The translations under genes were made by a program, and so were the position numbers. From Azolla caroliniana (lineage: Eukaryota; Plantae; Polypodiophyta), in assembly GCA_043228905.1 (NCBI GenBank), contig JBHGNT010000553.1, forward strand, positions 1-20,935: 20,935 nt of DNA, read 5' to 3'. Position 1 is the first letter of the stretch; each line of letters opens with the position of its first letter. Positions 1-10,210 of this stretch are shown one piece after another. The notes beneath the pieces were generated by a model. It did not search any database and was not told the DNA's origin. It saw nothing but the letters and a program-made list of their open reading frames with translations.

Positions 1-277
1 ACGTAGTGGGCATTTAAGCGCCGCCACAACACATAATGCTATTTTAGGACAAGACGTGCACACGCTCGAAAAAGGTGCCAGAATGCACAGAGAAAAACCA
101 CAACACATGGAGACCTTCTACTTTCGTGAACCTAGGAGCACAGAAGCACCGATGCGTTGGAAGATCACTAGACGAGAACCTACGCACAGAGAACCCCCGC
201 TTTCTGAACTCTCTCTCTCTCACTCTCACTCTCATCACCATCCAACCTCGCCACCACAATCCGACCTCGACACAGAC

Positions 278-1534
278 ATGGACCCGCAGACGATGTCGGA
301 AGCCGCCAAGAAATGGCTAAAGCAACATGGGCTTGAGGGTTTCTTGATGATTATGGAGGTACCGCCACACAAAGAAGCCGACAAGGTGATCAAAGAAATC
401 GACAAAGAGGTCATAATGGCGGAGGCGATCCGTGCATTAACAGGCCTTCCGGAGGGAGGCATATTCACGATCGACAATCTGACCTCAGAGCAACTCATCA
501 AGTATTTTGGTGAGTACTCCCTAGCCAGCAAGGGCTACCGGACACAGGGCGGCGGAGATATGTTGTTCCGCGAGATTGCCCGTGTGCTCCACGAATACGG
601 CCATGTGTACCCTAGACCCCTTGTCATGCCGCAGAACCGGGCAGGGATGATCATCGCCACCTATGAAGGGATCAAGGTGGATTGGCCGGTATTGATCGCA
701 GACGGGTTGTGTGCGGCGATCGAGATCGTAAGAGGAAAAGAAGGCAAAGAAGGCCGAGAAGGACGGAGGATATGGCATGCAGTAACGTAGTGGCTCACCT
801 TGCTTGTGCCATCCGTCCAGCCCGTCCAACCCAAGAAGCGGGGAAGAGTGGTGGACGGCACCCCAAAGACTGCTTCCAAAAGACAATAGTTGTTGGCCTC
901 TAACGCCACTAAGGGGAAGGCGGCGGACACAGAACAGGCGGGAAAGGAGAGCGCTAGCCGGAGGCAGCCAATGGATGCGCAGGAGGAACCACCGGTACGA
1001 CCCATAAAGATTACACTCCACCGACCGGTGAATAGAGAAGCGGACCCCTTGGCGGCGAAACTCAATGCCGGGACTCAGGAGGAGGAAATAGAGGAGGAGC
1101 CTACGGAACACCTCCAGCGACGGTCGTCAGCAAGGACCGTTGAGGCAGTCGGGAAACGTTCGGACCCTCAGACGGAGGGAACACTGGCTCCCCATATTAA
1201 GACTCCCACGCCAAGGGAGGAACCAGAACCGGTGCGCATGGCACCGGAATCAGAAGCCCCTGGACCATCGGCAGCACCGGCAAGTCCCATTCCGCCAGAG
1301 CCGGAAAGGTCAATGTAGCCTCCCTCGGCCAACCAAGAAGAAGCGCAAGGGGAACCAGGACAGCAGGGTGGTTCACGGGCAGAAACGGAATTGCAAATCG
1401 GTGCAATCAGGCGGGACCACCCACCCACAAGCGAGCCCATCCGTCAAACCTCCGTGCAAGCGCAACAACAATGCACCAGTAGCCTGTGGCTCCAGTGGAT
1501 AGGCGAACAGATTACCTGAGCAGTGGGGTATATT
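278..1534 (+). pseudogene. 5' part of G1 extra ORF: globular domain resembling plant-retrotransposon accessory ORFs, then a basic patch and a P/E-rich disordered linker
   Basis: ATG 278 after a CT-rich leader; one frame through ORFs 56..790 and 890..1318 to 1534 with in-frame stops TAG 788, 887, 1316 and TGA 1517; motifs LTGLPEGG, YEGIKVDWPVLIADGL, PKKRGR. Confidence 0.7.
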
Positions 1535-2176
1535 TGACGGGAACTCAACGCTTCTTATGTCCAATGCTCGGCCACAACCGAGATTCTTTTCATGCACAGA
1601 AAAACGGGAAATAAATGCACGACACAAAGGAGAGAAAATACACAGGAGGTTTACGTGGAAAAAACCCCAAACTATGGGAAAAAACCACGGCAGCCCACAG
1701 GTTGCAAACTGTCACTATGTAAGAATGTACAAACAGTGAGTTCACGGAGGCAACGAGCTCGTGCTCACGATCTTCGCCACAGGCGGCGGTTACAACAGAG
1801 GCAACGACCTCTTTCTCTCTCTCTGTGTACAGTTACGCACACTCTCTATTCTTGCACACATAAGAATGACAACAACAACTATAGTTACTAATTTGCCCAA
1901 AGTCATATTTATACTAATATGACTTTTCGGCTATTTACAAATATAGCCTCGGTGGACTATCAGAAAACATATTTACGAATATGTCTCTTCATCTGGTTCT
2001 CCGCAGCCGGGTACTCCTCATCTGGTTCATACCGGGTCTGCACCATCCGGCTCTCCGTAGCCGGGTACTCCTCATCTTGTTCATACCGGGTCTGCACCAT
2101 CCGGCTCTCCGTAGCCGAGTTTGTTCATCGGCACTGTTCTTCACCCTTCCCATCCGGAGGGACCTGTCTCCCAACA
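1535..2176 (-). repeat. Copia A 3' LTR (642 bp)
   Basis: Direct repeat of 6258-6928; about 16 substitutions plus one 29-bp indel by manual alignment. Confidence 0.96.
1990..2117. repeat. U3 tandem repeat, 54-bp unit made of 29-bp (A) and 25-bp (B) CATCCGG-initiated modules
   Basis: catccggctctccgtagccgggtactcct + catccggttcataccgggtctgcac repeated; order ABABA' here and ABABAA' at about 6713-6869. Confidence 0.9.
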
Positions 2177-2189
2177 AACTCCCCCTTCA
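2177..2189 (-). promoter_or_regulatory. Polypurine tract of copia A
   Basis: Minus strand reads TGAAGGGGGAGTT immediately before the 3' LTR (TGTTGGG); includes the pol stop codon. Confidence 0.92.
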
Positions 2190-5100
2190 CTCCGGCATGG
2201 GGTGTCTTACCAGTCCGATTCTCTTCCGGCATGTGGCCAGCTTGTTGGGTGTCAGCACTTTGGTCAGCATATCTGACCCGTTCTCTGCCGTGTGGATCTT
2301 CGTCAGTGCGAACTCCTGGTCATCTACTCTTTCCCGGATCCAGTGATACCTCCGTTGGATATGCTTCGTCCGGGAATGGTAGGCCGCATTCTTAGCAAGA
2401 TGGATGGCACTTTGACTATCGCAATAGAGTCGGTATTCATCTTGCCGGATACCGAGCTCTCCGGTGAAGTCCTTCATCCATAATATTTCCTTGCCGGCTT
2501 CCACGACTGCCATGTACTCCGCCTCCGTTGTTGACAATGCAACTGTCTTCTGCAGCCTCGACTGCCACGAAATAGCTCCCCCTGCATATGTCATTACATA
2601 CCCAGATGTAGACTGGCTGGTATCCACATCAGCCGACATGTCCGAATCGGTAAAACCGTCAAGTTGAGGTTTCCCGGAGCCGAATCAGAGACACATGTTT
2701 GAAGTGCCCTTCAAATACCGGAGTATCCATTTGACCGCGTTCCAGTGCTCCTTGCTGGGATTGCTCATGAACCGGCTCACCACTCCGACTGCGTATCCTA
2801 TGTCCGGTCGGGTACAAACCATTGCGTACATTAAGCTCCCGACGGCAGAGGCATATGGAATCTTCATCATATTCGCCTTCTCTGCTTTCATCTTCGGGCT
2901 TTGCTTACCGGATAGCTTGCAGTTTGCCGGAAGTGTCGATCCGACCGGTTTTGCTTCTGACATGTTGAACCGGTGAAGCACCTTTGTCACGTACTTCTCC
3001 TGTGACAGCCATAATTGCTTCTTTGACCGGTCCCGAATGATATGCATCCCCAGCATCTGTCTTGCCGGACCCAAGTCTTTCATTAAGAAGGTCCGGCTGA
3101 GAGCCTTCTTCAGCATCCGTATTTTGACTTGGTCACATCCGACGATCAACATGTCATCCACGTACAGGAGGAGTATCAAGAAGTCGCCTCCTTCGAACTT
3201 CTTCACAAACACGCAGTGATCGGCCTGCGTCTTGTGGTACCCTTGATCGGTCATGAAGGAATCGAACTTCCGGTACCATTGTCGGGGAGCTTGCTTTAGT
3301 CCGTACAGGCTCTTCTTCAGCCAACATACCAGGTGCTCCTTCCCTTTCTCCACAAATCCTTCCGGTTGCTGCATGTAGATCTCCTCTTCGAGGTCGTCGT
3401 GAAGGAATGTCGTCTTCACGTCCAACTGCTCTACCTCAAGATCCATGCTTGCCGCTATACTCAGCACCGTCCGGATGGAGGTCATCTTTACTACCGAGGC
3501 AAATATCTCATCGAAGTCCATGCCCTTCTTCTGCTGGAACCCCTTCACCACGATCCTGGCTTTGTATCTCGGGGGGTTTCCAGCATCTCCCGGTTTCAAC
3601 TTGTACACCCACTTGTTTCGAAGTGCCCGCTTTCCTTTCGGCAACTCCACCAATTCATACGTATGGTTCTCATGCAGGGAATCCATCTCGTCCTGCATGG
3701 CACTTAACCATTTTCGGCTGTGGGTGTCATCCTTCGCTTCTTTGAAGCTTTCCGGCTCCCCCTCATCGATCAGCAGAACATGCTCTGCATCCGGAAATCT
3801 CTGGGGGGCCCTTCTCTCTCTGAGAGGATATCTCCGTCTTTGGGCTTCGGTAGCCGGCTCCTCCATTTGCTCTTCATCCGAATCCGATTCGGGGTCTAGG
3901 CCGGTTCCGGTCTCAGCTTCCTCTACTTCTTCTTCTGCCGGTTCGGTATCCTCACCGTATCCGGTTGGTTCTTCGAGTGCTAACCGGTCTCTCGCCGGTT
4001 GGGTCTGCTCATCGTAGAGTCGATCCTTACCGGTCGACTTGGAGTTCATTATCTTCTTCTCCGACTCCCAGTCGGCGAGCGTCTTGTCCTCCATGAAGAT
4101 AATATCTCGACTCCGGAATACCTTCTTGTCGACCGGGTCCCACACTCGGTAGCCGAACTCATCGTCACCGTAACCGAGGAATATGCATGGACGGGTCTTT
4201 GGATCTAACTTTCCTCTCCTGTCCTTTGCTACATGCACGTACGCGAGACACCCGAACACCTTCAGATGCCGGTAGGACACTTCCTTACCGGTCCATACTC
4301 TCTGTGGCGTGTCTCCGTCCAAGGGTACTGAGGGTGATCTGTTTATCACGTATGTCGCCGTCGACAATGCCTCAACCCAAAACTTCTTGGGTAGTTTTGC
4401 ATGCGCTAGCATACTCCGGACCCTCCCCATTATGGTCCGGTTCATCCTCTCGGCTAGTCCGTTTAGTTCCGGCGTCTTCGGCACAGTAAACTCGAGCCGG
4501 ATTCCCTTCGAGCGGTAGTACTCCTCGAACTGCCCCCGGTATTCTCCTCTGTTATCTGTTCGAACCGCCTTCAGCTTCCGGCCAGTTTCTCTTTCCACTC
4601 TCGCGTGGAGCTCTTTGAAGACGGATAACACCTGATCCTTTGTCTTCAACGGTGTGGCCCACAGCTTCCGGTTGTGGTCATCTATGAACGTCACGAAGTA
4701 CTGCGCTCTGGCATGTGACTTCGTGTCTACTTGACACACATCTGTATGCACCAACTCTAGTGGTGCATTCCGTCTCATCGGTGGCCTTGGTCAGAAGGAG
4801 GTCCGGTTTTGCTTACCGGCCAGACAATCAATGCACTTCTCTAAGTGCACGTTCTTCACTGGAATGAGGTTGTCGTCTGCAAGCCTCTTCATCCCCTTCT
4901 CGCTCATATGACACAGCCTCTTATGCCACAACTCACCGGCAGTGTTGGAAGCCACGTTCACTTCTTCCGGGCATAACCAGGCATTCATCAGGTACAGTGT
5001 GTTTACCTTCCGGGCCCGAGCCACAATCAGGCTCCCTTTGCTGAACTTCATGACGCCGTTCCGGATGCTACCCGTGTAGCCCTCATCATCTAGCCGACCG

Positions 5101-6227
5101 GCTGATATCAGGTTCAGTCGAACCTCCGGAACGTGTCAGACATCCCTCAGCAGCAACTTGCATCCGGTTGGTGTTGACAGCCACACGTCTCCTATGCCGA
5201 CAATTCGGCATGTACCTTCATTCCCCATCCAGACAGAGCCGTGGTCACTGGCTGAGTAGGATGAGAAGCATTTCCGGTCCAGGGTAAGGTGGAACGATGC
5301 TTCAGAGTCTACCACCCAGGTCATCTCGTCACCGGCAAGGTTTATCTCACACTCCTCGGTGATGAGCATCAACTCTTCTTCACTTGCCACGATTGCCGTC
5401 GTTCCCTTCCGGTCCGGCCCCCTCCGGTCTTTACCGTTCCGGTCCGGGGTTTGCTTCGAATCAGTACCGTCGGTTTCCTTGTCTTTACGGAAGTGCCGAC
5501 GGTTGGAAGTGTCCCGGCTTGCCGCAATAGAAGCAATTAGGCCTCCCCCTTGACTTTGACCGTGTCCCGACTTTTCCCGGTTCTGGGGACTACGGTTTCT
5601 ATGTCTTCCGCGTTCCGATTCGGTAAGGAGCGCTTTGGAGTCGGAGCTCGTATCTTTATCCTTCCGACGCGCCTCCTCATCTAGCAAGCTCGACTTTACT
5701 CTTGCTAGGGATAACCGTTTTCCTTCCGGTCCGGCGTTGCCCAAAGTGACAATCAATGTCTCCCAGCTATCCGGGAGGGAACCGAGCAGGAGTAGCGCTA
5801 GTACCTCATCGGCGAGAGGTACTTCCAATGACGTTGCCTGGTGTATCAGCCCCTGGAAGGCATTCATGTGCTCCGCCATGTTGGAGCCATCTTGGTACCG
5901 GACTCTTACTAGCTTCCGGAATACCGAAACCTGATTAACAACATTTTTGTTTTGAAACATTATGCCAATCTTCTCCCAGAGTTCATGAGCCTTGCTCTCT
6001 TCATTGAAGTTGTTGTATAGGCTCATGTCGATGAAGCACCGTATGTACGCCGTTTTCTTCATGTGCATCACCTCCCATATCGGGGCGTCGGTTTTGTCCG
6101 GTCTCTTGTCCCCGAACTGAATCGGCAGCCAGAGGTCTTTAACCACGAGCATGTCCCTCATCTTCGACTTCCACACTGAATAGTTGGAGCCGGTGAGCTT
6201 GAACATGCCGCCAAACGATTCGTCCAT
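2187..6227 (-). pseudogene. gag-pol: Copia A gag-pol polyprotein (1347 codons, single frame, inactivated)
   Basis: ATG 6227 (MDESFGGMFKLTGSNYSVWK). ORFs 5136..6368, 4791..5051, 2685..4778 and 2187..2639 are all in one frame, separated by TGA at 5136, 4791 and 2685. Motifs: protease WVVDSEASFH (G to E), GAG-pre-integrase LWHKRLCHMSE, integrase LVHTD/RTDNRGEY/NGLAERMN, RT LLYVDDML, RH AEYMA/RTKHI/SDMLTK. Confidence 0.96.
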
Positions 6228-6243
6228 TTTCTGTGTCGATTTC

Positions 6244-6255
6244 GCTCTGATACCA
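6244..6255 (-). promoter_or_regulatory. Primer binding site, tRNA-iMet
   Basis: Minus strand TGGTATCAGAGC, 2 nt after the LTR end. Confidence 0.96.
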
Positions 6256-6257
6256 AT

Positions 6258-6928
6258 TGACGGGAACTCAACGCTTCTTATGTCCAACACTCGGCCACAA
6301 CCGAGATTCTTTTCATGCACAGAAAAACGAGAAACAAATGCACGACACAAAGGAGAGAAAATACACATGAGGTTTACGTGGAAAAAACCCCAAACTAGGG
6401 GAAAAAACCACGGCAGCCCACAGGCTGCAAACTGTCACTATGTAAGAATGTACAAACAGTGAGTTCACGGAGGCAACGACCTCGTGCTCACGATCTTCGC
6501 CACAGGCGGCGGTTACAACAAAGGCAACGACCTCTTTCTCTCTCTCTGTGTACAGTTACGCACACTCTCTATTCTTGCACACACAAGAATGACAACAACA
6601 ACTATAGTTACTAATTTGCCCTAAGTCATATTTATACTAATATGACTTTTCGGCTATTTACAAATATAGCCTCGGTGGACTATCAGAAAACATATTTACG
6701 AATATGTCTCTTCATCTGGTTCTCCGCAGCCGGGTACTCCTCATCCGGTTCATACCGGGTCTGCACCATCCGGCTCTCCGTAGCCGGGTACTACTCATCC
6801 GGTTCATACCGGGTCTGCACCATCCGGCTCTTCGTAGCCAGGTACTCCTCATCCGGCTCTCCGTAGCCGAGTTTGTTCATCGACACTGTTCTTCACCCTT
6901 CCCATCCGGAGGGACCTGTCTCCCAACA
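6258..6928 (-). repeat. Copia A 5' LTR (671 bp)
   Basis: Direct repeat of 1535-2176, adjacent to the PBS; TATAAATA on the minus strand near 6629-6636. Confidence 0.96.
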
Positions 6929-6933
6929 ATATT

Positions 6934-8468
6934 GAGGCGGAAGAACGAGCGCAAAGTGAACAATTGCTCGTCACAACCGAACAACTAGAGATGGCCCGGT
7001 CCAGAATCCGGTGCCTTGAAAAAGACTTGGATCAGGTCACGGCAGAAATGGCCAAAATGGCCTTAACGGCAACACAGATCCAATCACCGGTGACTCCGGT
7101 AAGTGTACAGAATAAAGAAACAGACCAACCTGTACATACTAATAAGACCCCGGCAACGGAAACCGTTCCGGAGAGAGATGCGGCGCAAGCCCAGGAGCTT
7201 GCGGAATTGAGAGATGAACTTGGCGCACAAGAAGCGCTAAGGAGCCGTGAACGGGAATTGAAGACAACGGCTGAAGCAGAATTAAAGAAGACTGCTGAGA
7301 ACCTCCGCCGGGTAGAGGAGAGCCTCTGGAAAGGCCATCAAGCTTACGACCGGCTAAGGGAGGAAAAAGACAAAGTGCTGCAGGAAAAGGACAAGCTGCG
7401 GAAGACGGCAGAAACGGAAATTGAACGGCTAAAGGAGAAGCTCCGCCAGCAGAAGGACCGCGAGGATTGGGCCCGTCGACAGATCAACGTATGGCTCAAG
7501 CAAAAGACAGATGATTTTGAGCACCTGCACCGGGACTACAAATGGCTGGAAACGGAGCATAAGGAAAGGATGACTGAGCTCAGGAAGGAAGTTGATCAGG
7601 TCGCGACGGCGCTCGCCGACGAACGAGCAGAAAATACAAGACGGTTGGACGAGGCGAAGAAGGTCCGGATGGAGCTCCAGAGTCAGCAACAGGAAGAAAG
7701 GGAGAGAGCGTCAACGGTATTGCAAAAATTACAAAGCACATATCGAAGGCAATTGACACATTACAAGGAGCAGGCGGAAGACGACGTCAAAATCATCAAG
7801 CAATTGAAGGAGGAATGGCAAGCTGCGGAGATCAAATCGCACATGGAAACGGGCCGGATTCAGTGCATCCTCCGGGCATGGCTAAATCAGACAAAACCCT
7901 TGATTGACGAAAGCTCCGTAAGATGGTGGACAAAGTGGGCTCAAAATATGGCGGAACTCCAATTGCTACGGGTAGACGTGGCAAACCGGCGGAAGGAAGG
8001 AGATGATTGTTACACGTTGACTTCTGAGGACTTCACCGCCATACGGGACAAGCTGGCTGAAGACTTCCAAGTCCTGGCGGATGAACAACTGGTGTAGGTC
8101 CGGCAACTCGTAGCTCAGCTAGACGATGATAGGTTGGACGCTCAAATCTAGTTTGAAAGCTACGAACGGTCCCGGGTTCGGGAAGAAAAAGCACGGGAAG
8201 CGGCAACGGTTAACCTTAGTGATGAGGAACCGTCGCCGGCCGAGGGCCAGGCCGGCACCAGTCAACCGGAGACCACTACGATGGAGGGAGCAACGACGGA
8301 AATGCCGAGCAACAAACGGAGGAGCAACCGCAGCAGCCAGCAAAGGACCATTCGCAACAGCCATCAATGGAGCAGCAACAACAACCACAACAACAACGAC
8401 GACCAATTCCAGATGAACCATTGGAGACTCTAGAACAAAGAATTCTGGATATTTTGGACGAAGAATAG
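6934..8468 (+). pseudogene. 3' part of G1 extra ORF: long coiled coil and Q/E-rich tail
   Basis: In frame with 278-1534 once copia A and one TSD are removed (...AVGYI|EAEERAQSEQLLVTTEQ...); includes ORF 6964..8097 (E/K/R/L-rich, heptad-like); stops TAG 8095 and 8149; one inferred frameshift near 8295 gives ...EQQQQPQQQRRPIPDEPLETLEQRILDILDEE* ending 8468. Confidence 0.75.
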
Positions 8469-8504
8469 CAAGGGTTAGATGGTGGATTCGACGTACAAGG
8501 TACT

Positions 8505-8521
8505 GTCCCACGGGCATGCCA
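8505..8521 (-). promoter_or_regulatory. Primer binding site, tRNA-Arg-like (G1)
   Basis: Minus strand TGGCATGCCCGTGGGAC, 2 nt after ...GGTAACA; one substitution and one gap from TGGCACGCCCGGTGGGAC, the complement of the plant tRNA-Arg(UCU) 3' end as recalled. Confidence 0.72.
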
Positions 8522-8523
8522 TG

Positions 8524-8957
8524 TGTTACCGGCCGACAAAGGAGTCCAGAGTGTGTAACGAAGGAGTTATTTAATTATTAAGGAATGGTTGTAAGTAAGC
8601 TATTAGTGTGGACGGACGGACCGGAATCAGTATGCCGTTCCGGATCCGGACCGATCCCGAACAGGTGCGGATGACACCGTTTTGTACTACAAACCAGAAA
8701 CCTATTTAAAGGCCCGGATGCAATGTAATGTTCAGCGGATAATTAATAAAGCTTAGTGTTTTTATCTCTCTATGTTAATTGCCGTTCTGCATTCATTGTT
8801 ATATCTTACGCGTGTGATTATTAAGGACGATCTTGCTAAGTAACCTAATTAAGTCGGATTAATCGTTGAGCCTAATCCTCTTGCCGTAACACCCTTTGGT
8901 GAAGTGTCTTCCGTAGACACCTTGTGTTAGGCCATTGTCCGGCCGTAAGAGTTAACA
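8524..8957 (-). repeat. G1 LTR (about 434 bp; 5' LTR by PBS position)
   Basis: Ends TGTTACC...GTTAACA (6/7 inverted match); non-coding; sharp junction to copia RH at 8958; partner LTR not in window. Confidence 0.75.
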
Positions 8958-9441
8958 GGGTCCAATGGCTTTCGTAAAGATGTCGATCGTTTTAAGGTTC
9001 GTGCCGATATGTTGCAGGTTGACATCTCCAGCGAGGACACATTCTTGGATAAAGTGATAATGCACCTTGATGTGCTTAGTCCGAATGTGAAAAATAGGAT
9101 TATGAGCCAGATGAATACTGCTTAGGTTGTCACAGTATAGGAGGAATGGATCTTTGATGGAGACGTCCAGATCCTTCAAAATCCCCTTAAGCCATATGGT
9201 TTCACATGTGGCAACAATGCCCATGTATTAGGCCTCTAGCTCGATAGTGTGACTATTGACTGCTTCTTACTGCTCCATAATATGGTTATGTTGTCGATTG
9301 AAAATATGAAGCTCGAAGTTGATCGTCAGTTGGCTTTGTAGCTAGCCCAATCAGTATCTGTGTACCCTTCGAGTCGAATCAACATTGCCGATTTGTAAAG
9401 AATGTTGTAGTTCATCATACCACTCGGCGCAGTCTAGATGA
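8958..9441 (-). pseudogene. pol: Copia D RT end / RNase H remnant
   Basis: HLDCA...LEGYTDTDWAS...WSSKKQS...CETIWL...YCDNLSSIHLAHNPIFHIRTKHIKVHYHFI...DIFTKAIG with stops and frameshifts. Confidence 0.88.
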
Positions 9442-10160
9442 GTATAGCCGACCACTCTCATCACTTGTGCCCCAATGCCCTGTTTGACATTGCAATGCAT
9501 GTGAGCTAAGTCGCATGGAAGCAATGGTTCGATGGCAGATAACGGTATGAACTCTAACATGTATTGATGTGTACAATTTCCCCGTTCCGCAAAGAATATG
9601 GTTTTGTAGTTAGGTGCAACATGTGTAGTATAATGTGGAAGCGTGAGCCTCCACATTTGTCCCATGTCATGATACATTGGCATTGCAAGAAGGCCTCATT
9701 TACAAAGGAATCTAATGATGCATCATGAAGCAAGTGTCTCGCATCCCATCTACCAAACCATTATTCTATATCTTGCATCCAACCGGAACACAAAATTTTG
9801 CTTTTATGCGTCTTTTGGATCTTTTTGATTGCTTCCCACGCAATTCTAGGAAGTCGATGTGAGGGACTTTTTTGAACCTTAAGGATGTATTCAACAACCC
9901 TTTCCATGGCCATGATCTCAATGGAAAGCGATCCCGTCTCAAGGAGGAGGAGGGTGTACGACATTTGTTTCTTAACTTATAGAAACTTTGTAAGAAAATG
10001 TTTTTGGACATTTTCAAACTCTTTCCACATAGATTTAGGGATGCTACCGCCCCATACTTCCACCCCATAGAGAAGAACCGGTGTCACCAAAGTGTCGAAA
10101 AGATATTTCTTGAGGACCCAACACTTAATATCTCCAAGATTGCATGTGTTCTCAAATGCA

Positions 10161-10164
<4 letters not shown>
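9442..10164 (-). pseudogene. LINE (non-LTR) ORF2 fragment, region C-terminal to RT; truncated at both ends
   Basis: Minus frame LFDTLVTPVLLYGVEVWGG...ENVQKHFL...LLLETG...RLPRIAW...RLSSHALQCQTGHW, motifs typical of LINE ORF2 thumb and pre-zinc-finger regions; no poly(A). Confidence 0.85.

Positions 10165-10208
<44 letters not shown>
10165..10208. repeat. (AG)22 microsatellite
   Basis: Perfect dinucleotide run of 44 bp. Confidence 0.98.

Positions 10209-10210
<2 letters not shown>

Larger units (their letters stand above)
1535..6928 (-). mobile_element. Copia A: full-length Ty1/copia LTR retrotransposon, Tnt1/Tto1-like (Tork lineage)
   Basis: Paired LTRs with TG...CA ends, 5-bp TSD ATATT (1530-1534 and 6929-6933), tRNA-iMet PBS, PPT, domain order GAG-PR-INT-RT-RH. 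Confidence 0.97.
1..8957 (-). mobile_element. LTR retrotransposon G1 (probably Ty3/gypsy Tat/OTA-like), continues left of the window; carries an antisense extra ORF; interrupted by copia A
   Basis: TG...CA-bounded LTR 8524-8957 followed on the minus strand by a tRNA-Arg-like PBS; right end cuts a copia RNase H mid-motif (IFTKAIGP|); internal region is one long decayed plus-strand ORF. Lineage is inferred from PBS type and extra ORF only. Confidence 0.7.

Noticed and set aside
2685-5138. Three in-frame TGA codons as programmed readthrough, selenocysteine or U-to-C editing sites
   Set aside because: All fit CGA-to-TGA decay; the same copy has other lesions (protease DSG to DSE, lost zinc knuckle); U-to-C editing is organellar.
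6228-6368. First 47 aa of ORF 5136..6368
   Set aside because: Chance read-through of LTR and PBS; gag homology starts at ATG 6227.
6964-8097. Host myosin/SMC-like coiled-coil gene
   Set aside because: Intronless, continuous with the decayed ORF at 278-1534, and bounded by a PBS and LTR; no motor or ATPase motifs.
8538-8560. Plus-strand PPT with an LTR starting at TGTAACG (8554)
   Set aside because: AAAGGAGTCCAGAGTG is a poor PPT; TGTTACC at 8524 matches the far end better and is abutted by a PBS on the minus strand. Not fully excluded without the partner LTR.
8884-8930. Branched hairpin in the G1 LTR (TAACAC/GTGTTA enclosing GTGTCT/AGACAC)
   Set aside because: Stems of 6-8 bp with no second copy for covariation; insufficient support.
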